64,000 bases of DNA from Chrysomallon squamiferum (taxonomy: Eukaryota > Animalia > Mollusca), in assembly GCA_012295275.1 (NCBI GenBank), contig CM022667.1:18724001-18788000 (forward strand), given 5' to 3'. The notes beneath the pieces are model-generated. The model was not told where the DNA came from. It was given only the letters and a program-made list of their open reading frames with translations, and searched no databases. Below, piece by piece: positions 54,462-64,000 of this stretch; position 1 is the stretch's first letter; each line of letters opens with the position of its first letter. The position numbers and the translations under genes are program-made.

Positions 54462-54725
54462 CAATTTAACTAGAAAATAAACATTGTATACATATTACAA
54501 TAATTTGACAATTTGTTTCATGCTTTCAAGCTACCAACCATTTTACTGTTAATATAAAATTTGCAAGTCCAAATTGTTAAAAAAAAAACATGTGGTCCAG
54601 AAATAAATATAGATCAGACCTGTGTATTTTATTAGCCAGCAGGTCATTGTTCTTGATCCTATATTCTGGAGTTACAGGCTGACCATTCACTGTAACTGTA
54701 CCATTTTCGATGGCATTTTTCTGTA

Positions 54726-54757
<32 letters not shown>

Positions 54758-56681
54758 CAGAGATAATATATATGTGTGTGTGTGTGTGTGTTATACTGTA
54801 AGCATAATAAACACAACTTTTCTTAAGCAATTATAAACATCAAGTACATAAAATATAAAGCTGTTTAATTAATATACAGTCAAACTTTTATGTGCTAAGA
54901 TGGAAGGGATCAGCAAAATTGCTCCAGTTTAATAATGTTTCAAATATTTGTCTGACAGACAAGTAATGTACATTTCATATTGCAAGAAACACTCTCTTGC
55001 ATTTTTTGTAAACTAAATAAATAATAAAAATAAATAAAAGACACAACTCATATAAATTTGACATAAATATGACACATATAGAAAATGTATATGAAAATGT
55101 GTTTATTGATATATAAAATTTGAAAAACAGACAATACGTACATGTACATGTATTACTAAAACAAATAATTCAACCCTATAACTGGAAATAAATACCAAGT
55201 TTATGTATTTTCAGATTTTTAAACTTTGTGGAATGTAATAAATTTTACTGAAGTGTTATTAGCAATAGTTCTACAGTAGAAATATTTAAAACCACATACA
55301 GATACATGATGAAATTATTTTTACAGGGTTCTCCACCAAACTGCTTGGTCTTTGATAAAGCAGTTACTGATATATTTTAATTTCTAAATTTGCCAAAGAG
55401 ATTTTTAAATTTAAAAGATATTTAAATAATAATTAGACTTACATAGAAGAATATGGCTCAAATGTGCTAAATTACATTGTGGATTTAAGACTAGAAAACA
55501 TACCCTGAAAAATGTTCTTGTGTTTCAGTATCAATAATTGAATATTCATTTTAATAGTAATGAAGGTGAAGCCCTATCGAACTTTTTCATGATGTTAAAA
55601 ATTAACTCACGTAATCCTGTTCTGTGTTTGCTTTGAATTCTGTGGAGAGCACATCAAGAATGGTCCTATTTTGCCATCGGAATTTGGCATAGGTTGTAAA
55701 TGTGAAATAGTATGGATATACTTTCCTCAAACCTGCAAAAAAATATTAATAAAATAAAATAAAAACATTTTTGGAAGGAACTGATGCTAAAGAATTAATC
55801 TCTGACAACAAAATACTTCAAAACTGACAATGTTTATGTTTAATTCAAAAGCTTGCAATGAAAAACATGATAGTAAGAGAATTATTTCTACCATTTTCAA
55901 AATAATAGTCAGTTTCTTTGTAGAAGTCAGCACTGAACCCAGGGTTTGTGTTCTTTGATGGTTTTATTTTTTTCTTCATTTCTTTGTATTTCTGAAGTTT
56001 CTCCATCTGAAATTATATCATTACATATTTTACTATAAAAAGTGTTCTTCTCAGTTAAAACAAAGCCAGACTTGTATGTGTAACAAATTACATTCACATT
56101 TATAAATTCTTTGAGCACTAACTCATACTGATATTAATTGATGTAATTTTTCTGTCCACAAGTTCAGAGCACACACATACACACATCATAATAAATAGTT
56201 TGAAATTTAAAAAAATCAATCAGAAAATAATGTAAAGGTAATTCACAAATTCACCCTTTTTTTATTTTCCTTAACATATATTTATTCAGTATTACAGTAT
56301 CATTTATTAATTTCATTTAATTTATGTTATATACATGTTGTTATTATTTGTTGTCATAGCTTCTGTTGTTTCGTTGGGTGTTTTGGATTTGTGTTTTTTT
56401 TTGTGTGTTTTTTTTTTACTCCTTATTTATCGTAATATTTATCGCTATTTAATTTTCACACTAACCCTTTTTCTAGCTCGTTTCGATAAAGTGTCCTTAA
56501 TGTTGATTTCAGCATTTACAGAAACACATACTTCTTCAAACTCTACATCTATTTGGTTGGTAGTATTACTAATACTATTACTAGTATTAGCAGCCATGCT
56601 AATCCTTGCCAATCTTTTATAGAACTTCTGAAATTTAAGTAATTCTTGACTAATTAAGTTTATGCAACGATGAAACAGCAT
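50602..56681 (-). CDS. RPUSD2: RluA-family pseudouridine synthase RPUSD2, 11 coding exons, ~513 aa
   Basis: Minus-strand exons: 56681-56466, 56006-55892, 55732-55611, 54720-54620, 54324-54158, 53537-53396, 53065-52929, 52659-52606, 52304-52213, 51225-50896, 50667-50602 (TAA). Motifs: ETDYYFENGLRKVYPYYFTF, HRHENPV, NKPSSIPCHPCG, YRLDRLTSG (catalytic Asp), TGRTHQIRIHLQFLGHPIVND, LYLHALKY, LPDWA. Confidence 0.92.
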
Positions 56682-56797
56682 TCAGCGATCCAAGTAATAC
56701 CGACACCATAAAATAAATAAATGTGGTTATTATTATAATTTTTTAATATGTATTGGTTTGAAGGTAAGTATTTATTAAGTTATCTAGTTAAAATGTT

Positions 56798-56832
56798 TTA
56801 CACCAATCCGACCGTGGGCGCCGCCATCTTTG
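56798..56832 (-). promoter_or_regulatory. YY1-type motif (AAGATGGCGGC) near the RPUSD2 5' end
   Basis: The minus strand reads CAAAGATGGCGGCGCCC about 145 nt upstream of the RPUSD2 ATG. Its ATG would open a 9-codon uORF if transcribed. Confidence 0.5.
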
Positions 56833-57239
56833 TAAGGGAAAGCAGTCTGTTTTAGTATATCGAGATAAAAGCTTAACAAAATCATTTTAACTCATGGCTA
56901 AAGAAAATGTTATAAAAAATATAAAAAAGAAAGCAAGAAAGAAAAGGAAAGGAAAAAGAAAGAAAGAAAAATAAATAAATAAATAAATAAATAAAATGTG
57001 AATATAATTTAATGCAAAACATTAAGAGTTAATTCGGGATAACAGTCAGGTCCAGGTCAATGAACAGTTTACCCCAATTTTTTAATTAATTAATTTATTT
57101 TTATACAAAATTTTTAATTATTTATTTATTTATCATGTTGCTTTTAACTTTATCCCAAATTCTGACAAACCATTCATATGACAACGTACAACAAAATTTT
57201 TACTGGTTCAATCTAGACACTATAAATGTATTAAGAACA

Positions 57240-59460
57240 GATAAAAACATGATACCAAATGTCTGTTTGCTGCAAATATGCTTTAAGACTTAAAACAAAG
57301 CACTATTTCAGATATTTCTAAGTATGAACTATTATCTACAAAAGTTTAAATATTAAAAATGATGCACGCAGTGTCATTTTACTGGATATAGCAAGTTCAG
57401 TGCAAAATAGTAAAAAAGCTGTCAGCTGTGTCGCTTTGCTTGTTTGTTTGACCAACATTTCTAATCTTATTGAATGACAAAAATTTTACATTTGAAAACC
57501 CCTTTTTTATATATATATGGTCACGAAGGTTATCTGAAATGTATCAAATGACTGTTTGAAAGATATAATTGGTTAATTTTCATTCGTTGATGAATGTCTA
57601 ATGACATCGGTACACTAATCGCAGACGAAGCCTATTAAGAAACCAATGGAGCCTAAGCTTTATGGTCCCTAATCCCATGAGGACTACAGAAGCAACGTTA
57701 GTTCACACTGCTTCCACAGTTCACTGAAGGAGATAACATTGGTTATCAGATCTTAATTGTTCTACTTCTAAAGGGCTTCCATATCTGATCAATCCCCATA
57801 ATCTAGTTCAGTTACTGCTCATGCATGAGAGGCTGCTTACGGGGAGAATGCAGTAAACTACACGGTGTGTGGAAAAGCAGTGCAAAGGGCATTCTGAGAA
57901 TATCTTTTGTAAGAAAAATATTTTAATGGCAATTTGATAACTGAAGTGATGGATGGTGACCCAAATTTTGCTAATTATATTAAATTCTGTGAACAGTTAT
58001 TTAACTCTTAGTTGGCAGAGCATCACGGCAGATTTGATACACGTACTCTCAATGTGTCTGTCACAATAAACTTAAACATGTTACTGATAAGTAAATTGTG
58101 GGTTTGATTCAGGAACATGGTAAAACTGGTTAGCATGCATGTCATGGCAGATCAAAAGGGCTCCTGGGCAAAACTTTTAGGCGCTGTTTCTGAATGACTC
58201 CCTCTATTTGCTGCAGCTAAACTATCTGAAGTCACTAACTACAAAACACGAGGGAGCTTAGTCAAAGAACGTACCAAGTAATTCACCGGGCAGACAAATA
58301 CTGGGCTGGTCTTGGTTGTGACTTTGTCATTGAATAATACTGATAAGGTCTTTCAAGTGTGCTGGAAGTCTTATTTGAGGCAAGCGAACAGATGATGGAG
58401 GAAACTGAAGCTAAGCTGAAAAGAGATCGTGTGAAGCGGTCAAAATCAGAGAAAACCGTGAATTGCAGAACCTATACGCTACGGGTCCTCATTGAGAAAA
58501 TAATTGATGGTTATTTAGCAGTAGGAAATCAGCTCATTGGGAAAATGGTAGATGACTCATCTGTTGTCAAAGTTACCACTGAGAGAAATATCGATCCTGC
58601 ATTACGCTTCCACATTTTCATGGATGGGGTACTTGACTACAAGTTGAGACCATTTCCACCAGCGCTTCATGAGGCAAACACCATATTCATGAAAACCGAT
58701 ACAGCACAGTTTGTCAAAGCAATATATGACCATGATGTAACCTGATGATTATTTACTGATTCACCGTGTTCAGTGGACAAAACGCAGTATATATGATGTA
58801 ATAGTAGATGCCGATGTGGTCTTCACTCACTGTACGAAATTATGGAAAGGCAACGGACTTCATCAGTGGCTATCCTGAAACACTATTAATAAAGGACAAA
58901 ACATGAAAGAGGAGAGGAGAAAAATCATTCGAAAATAAACGTCACATCTAAAACAGTCTTTAGTGATAAAAAATAATATTTCTTGTCATATGAATATTAC
59001 AAGCAAAAGCTAACCAATCTAATTAGTGAGATTTTAAGAGAGAGGGGGTGCAATACACCTGCACTATTCAATGCTGTATTTGTAGAGGGTATGGATTACC
59101 ATGTCCAAATGCCCGTGGATGCCAGGTGGATCAGTGTATCTAATCTGACATTTGTATGAGTTAAACATCTGTTCAAAGGATTTAACATAAGTAGCAAAAC
59201 CTTGGCCACCATCCATCACTTCAGTGATCAACAGGCCATTCAAGCAATTTGCCATTCCACATTTGACAGCTGTTGTACTATTATATTTTATTCACTTGCA
59301 GTAAATTTGATACATCCAGTAAATGAAATTACTTGCATCATTTTTGATATTGTAAACTTTTGTAGAACATAGTTCGTGCTCAGAAATATCTCAAATAAAG
59401 CTTTATTTTAGCTTTTAGTGCATTATTTGCAGCAAAATTCATATGAGTTCTATCTTCATG
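57240..59460 (+). mobile_element. Decayed Academ-like DNA transposon with long TIRs
   Basis: Positions 57240-57410 are inverted relative to 59290-59460. Transposase remnants: LPLFAAA..NY, IDPALRF..YKLRPFPPALHE..MKTDTAQFVKAI, YFLSYEYYKQKLTNLISEILRERGCN. Family assigned from recalled motifs. Confidence 0.62.
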
Positions 59461-59610
59461 TTCCCGGTGTCAGATTTTGGAATACTTTTTTCTTCACGTA
59501 AATTCAAGTTGTTATTATTATGGACGTTATTTTTTAAACATTTTATATAACTAGTTTAATTAACAACCACTAAACAGACCATACTCTTTTTTCTTTTTTT
59601 AAATATATAA

Positions 59611-59794
59611 CCTAGACAGTACAAATCCATCGGGCCGACCCGACGTCGGTAATAGGGCGGCCGATGTTCATCCAATATTGTGTTTGCATATCGGCTCGAT
59701 GTCGTAGATATCGGCCCAATATCAGCAACATCGGCACAACACCGGAAACCGATACCGGCCGATGTTAGCAACATTAGGCTAATGTATACTCAGG
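59611..59794. mobile_element. Small GC-rich MITE with repeated tcggc/gccga motifs
   Basis: Imperfect TIRs cctagacagtaca / tgtatactcaggg, with internal repeated palindromic CGGCCGA motifs. Confidence 0.5.
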
Positions 59795-59931
59795 GTGTTT
59801 ATTAATGTTAAACGAGTTAAATTAAATTCTCCATGCAGTCTCTTTCACGCTCAGTCAGTTCTTTCCTCGAAGAATACTTTTCTTTATTTGAGTGATCTTT
59901 CTACATCATTTAAATAAACATTAATACATTG

Positions 59932-59984
<53 letters not shown>

Positions 59985-60715
59985 TACACACATACATACA
60001 TACAAACATATATGTACACATTTTACTAGTATACAAATAATTACTCACATTTTTGTGCAAAATTCAGAAAACTCTTTGACATTAACACAATTAATATTGT
60101 ACTGAATAGGCTATCTAGTATATAAAATTCCAAGCCTGTAGGCCAGTATACACTACTATCTTTGAATTAAATGTCTAAAAACAGCTCGAGAGAGATTACT
60201 AATATAACATAAAAAACATATTCATACACACACACTCTCTTTGATTATGCTGTGCTTACAACAGATATTTAATTATAATTAATTTATATATCTGTGAAAG
60301 TGACACATTTCAATCATTTACGTACATACAATCGAACCCCATTGAGCTGATATCGCAAGTAGCACACACACACACACACACACAAAAAACACTGAGTTAA
60401 CCAATTATCGACTCAAACAATGTTATGTTTTATATAATACTTTAAACAATAACAACAGCAGCAGGAACAACAACAACAACAACAAAAAGGGGTGAATTCT
60501 AAAATCACCCTGCAAAATACCATAGCATTATAATAGAGTGAGGAATAGTGCATTAATTAGGTCTTGACAGCCTATACCCATAAATGTAATAATAAGTACA
60601 AAGAAAAAAATGTAAATGTAAATGTAAAAAAAATGTGTGGTATTTGTTTATACAGACATACACACACACACACACATATATATACATATATATATATACA
60701 TACATACATACATAC

Positions 60716-60746
<31 letters not shown>

Positions 60747-61246
60747 CACATATATAAAATATATACATACATATATATATACACACATAAAATACATACA
60801 TATATATATATATATATAATTAATTAAGAAGTAGAAGAAAAATACGAAAGAAAAAGAAAATAAGTAAATAAAACAAAAATATGGAATATGCATTTTAATA
60901 CGCAGTTTATAGATGATGTTATTCACACAAACCTATACTAGTGAATTTGATAGATAAAGAAAACATGTAGATTGTTTTGCTTGTTTATTTGTTTCTTTCG
61001 CATAACAGAGAGTTCTAAAAGTTGAAGTCTGTTTTCGATATACGCTATCCCTTTATTTAATTATTTTATTTTTGTCTCTTTGGGTTTGATAGTTTCCAAG
61101 CCTACTTTTTTGTTCCCCAGCATCGGGCGTTTTAATGTCTGAATCTAAATGAGTCTTTATTATCACTTAGAAATAATCGAATAATCTTTGTTTATATAAC
61201 ACAATTCACAGACATTTTCTGGGTTATAAATGCCAGTAGTATTTGT

Positions 61247-61331
<85 letters not shown>

Positions 61332-63175
61332 AAATGATAAAAAAAATGTTCAGTGTTACAAATGAAGTAAGCCTTTTACTTACTTACTTTCATTTGTTTT
61401 CTTTTTTCTATGGAATTAGTTTCCTATAGTTATATATAGTTTATTAAAAAAAAAAAAAAAAAAAATCCCTTGCAAAGAATATCATTTCTTTATCCGTAAT
61501 AATAAACAAGTACATAAGTTTTGTTATCTGTCCTTGATAATTCGACCGTCAAATCAACCGAAACGATTAAAATGTCTGAATCTAAACCATCCAAATGACC
61601 TCTGAAAAAGACGGCGAGTTAATATCGCGGTCAAAGACAATTTAGGTTAACGTTTGCTTGCTCACAGAGAGCATCATTAACTTTAAAACATGAAAATTGT
61701 TTTACTATTTTCAACTTCTTTAAATGGAAGCTGTTTGTAGGACGTTGAACTTTATCTATATAAGCTTCATCTGAGGGAGTACACACGAACTTTTTAGAAT
61801 AATTAATATATTTGAAAACATTTTGACACGAACGAGAATGCAAGCTGTATAAAATCGTAGTTCACGTGAAACGAGGGAAACAACAGAAGAGAAAAAATCT
61901 AAAAATCTATCTATCTATCTATATATAAAAGAGTAAAAAAAGAAATAAAAAGAAAAAGAAAAGAAAAGAAAAGAAAAAGAAAGTAAAAGAAAAGAAAAAC
62001 ACTCTTAAATATACATATTTTCATAAAATATATATAAGCAGGGGAACACAGTTTTAATAACTGGAGGCAAGACACTATTTACAATTATTAATTGCAGTTG
62101 TAATTTCACTGCTTGCCTGCATCACCGTTTAAAATGTTGTGTTCCGTTCTTAAGCAGAAACATTTAAATCTAATAAACTAAAAATATTGATCGTTGCAGA
62201 TCATATTGTATCATAAGACCAATTCATTAAACATCGAAGAACACTACATCAAAATATGTTCGATATTCCTAAAGTAAGTAACAAACTGAAAAAAGGGTTC
62301 TTTGATCACGATCACAATTCACTTCCTATATTAGTTCAAACAAAAATCTTCAGGATATTGGTTTTACTTTGGTTGCAAGCCAGTACTATCACAAAATAAT
62401 CACTTAATGGCTTTGCGCGTTTTCTTCCAGATTTATCGATACTGATCGTATTTTACAACATATACAACACATTTTCTAATGATTTTTCTCACTAATGATG
62501 AAAATAAACAATGAGGAGAGTAAATATTGGCACATTTTTGTTTGTTTTTTAATTTAACACACGGTTTCACTTTTTGTTTTTTAATTCTTGTCTCTTATTT
62601 TCTCGTCTTCTAATATGTGCCTCAAACGAAATAATGTAATGGGCTAGTGTACACTTCTTATATTACTTCATGTATTGTCTTTATTATTATTAAAGACTGG
62701 TTTCCTGTAACAAACAAAACAGTTTCGTATCTGTAAAGAAAAGATAATTATTTAAAATCACCGCTTCAAGTTTAACTAAATAATTGTAGAACTTAAATCG
62801 TTTTTTTCATTAGAACGGTGATTTATAGCAAACATGGAGTAAATGCTCCTTTCATTGTTCCAGTTAAGATATATCCACAATATCATCAATGACGAATCCT
62901 TTTCTTGTTGTTGTTGTTGTTCTTATTATTATTATTTCAGATTCAAAGAATCAGTGTTACTGTTATCATTTCTTTATTTTTGTAATTTTATTTGTTTATT
63001 TACCATGTATTACTATGAACTTTAAAGCAGTTTAACGATAATCAAAAAAAAAAAAAAATAATAATAATAATAATAATAAAAGAAAGTAAAAACAAAGAAG
63101 AAAAAAAAAAAAAAAGACAGAATAAATGAATCTAAAACAGCGCCATTAATAACAAAATAAAAGTATTTGTGTAAC

Positions 63176-63554
63176 GTAAACAAGATCAAACATGGGAGTG
63201 CCAAGTTGTTCAGACGGCGGGAATTTAAACCAATCAGATTTCGCCACTAAATCGGGCCACAAAACAAAAACAAATTCACGGGAATGTGGCATGACATCTT
63301 CATGCGCTTTGTTTACCGTGGCTTTATTTTATTTATCTCTATATTATTGATCTGGTAGTATACCATATTAATGTAAAATGTGTTATAAAATTTGTATTAT
63401 GTAATTGTCAAATTAAATATTGTAAAATTTTCCTCAAACAGATTATAATGAGGAACTACATGTTATCGCGGAATTATTTATACAACGGCTCTAACCTTGC
63501 GGATGTAAACAAAGATTCATTCACTGGGTGAGCGTATGAGGTTGTACTGTTTAC
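63176..63554 (+). promoter_or_regulatory. Putative FRAT promoter/5' region with E2F-CHR-CCAAT module and four Forkhead sites
   Basis: GGCGGGAA-TTTAAA-CCAAT at 63216-63234, with TTTCGCC just downstream. GTAAACA/TGTTTAC occurs at about 63176, 63310, 63505 and 63548. Confidence 0.45.
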
Positions 63555-63581
63555 AAACGGGTTAGAAGTGAATTTTTCAAG

Positions 63582-64000
63582 ATGCCGGTGAAAGTTGAAG
63601 TAGAAAAGCCAAAACAGACATTTAATAACTTTCCTACAGATATTGATAATTTAGTTAAGGAGGTTCAGGAACGACTTTGTCTAAAAAAGAAAGGGAAATT
63701 ATGTGAGTACCGAACATTGCCGTATACGAAACCGAGCAAAACAAGCCGGCTGGCAAAATGGCGAAAGACCTGCTGCCATTGCCCATCACCGGTCTCAAGA
63801 AAGTATATAACGATGCAAGATAAATGTTCAGACAATTGTTGTGAACAATATTCGGATGAAAACGACCCACATATTTTGCTCCAAAAACTAATTAACGAAC
63901 AAACACTCATACAAGAGGCTGTTAAAAGACTAGGTTTGCAAAACAAAAGTAGACCTAAACATAAACAATTTTCATGGTCATGCTCGATGGATTCCGATTA
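63582..64000 (+). CDS. FRAT: FRAT/GBP-like GSK3-binding protein, intronless within the window, 3' end beyond the window
   Basis: ATG at 63582 (context caagATGc) opens a stop-free frame to the window end: MPVKVEVEKPKQTFNNFPTDIDNLVKEVQERLCLK...RTLPY...DENDPHILLQKLINEQTLIQEAVKRLG. This matches the three FRAT/GBP blocks: VDRLVAQIGETLQL-like, RAAPY-like and the GSK3-binding DPHRLLQQLVLSGNLIKEAVRRL. Confidence 0.85.
   Translation, partial: MPVKVEVEKPKQTFNNFPTDIDNLVKEVQERLCLKKKGKLCEYRTLPYTKPSKTSRLAKWRKTCCHCPSPVSRKYITMQDKCSDNCCEQYSDENDPHILLQKLINEQTLIQEAVKRLGLQNKSRPKHKQFSWSCSMDSD

Noticed and set aside
56755-56770. Perfect plus-strand donor AAG|GTAAGT near the RPUSD2 start (antisense transcript?)
   Set aside because: A single short motif with no supporting exon or downstream acceptor context.
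60553-60926. Overlapping ORFs rich in Y/I/V/C/H/T (also 29055-29497, 35105-35428, 38166-38425, 6803-7078)
   Set aside because: These are translations of microsatellites or low-complexity repeats.

Overview
AT-rich, microsatellite-rich, intron-containing animal DNA. It is probably from a lophotrochozoan or mollusc-like invertebrate; the taxon is inferred, not proven. I reconstructed four protein-coding genes by hand from GT-AG splice sites and reading frame. (1) ADCK5 (+, 7491-21026) carries a pair of homologous, phase-identical alternative exons, 8A and 8B, that look mutually exclusive. (2) A collagen prolyl 4-hydroxylase alpha-like gene (-, 42269-25544) has an intact catalytic core, an apparently truncated peptide-substrate-binding TPR domain, and an inverted intronic copy of its own exon 5. 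(3) RPUSD2 pseudouridine synthase (-, 56681-50602). (4) An intronless FRAT/GBP (GSK3-binding protein) homolog (+, 63582 to beyond the window end), which the ORF track missed. Introns and intergenic DNA hold many transposon relics: hAT and Tigger MITEs, MULEs, Sola-like, Ginger/KRBA2-like and Academ-like elements, and a decayed CR1/L2-type LINE. No rRNA, tRNA or CRISPR features were recognised.
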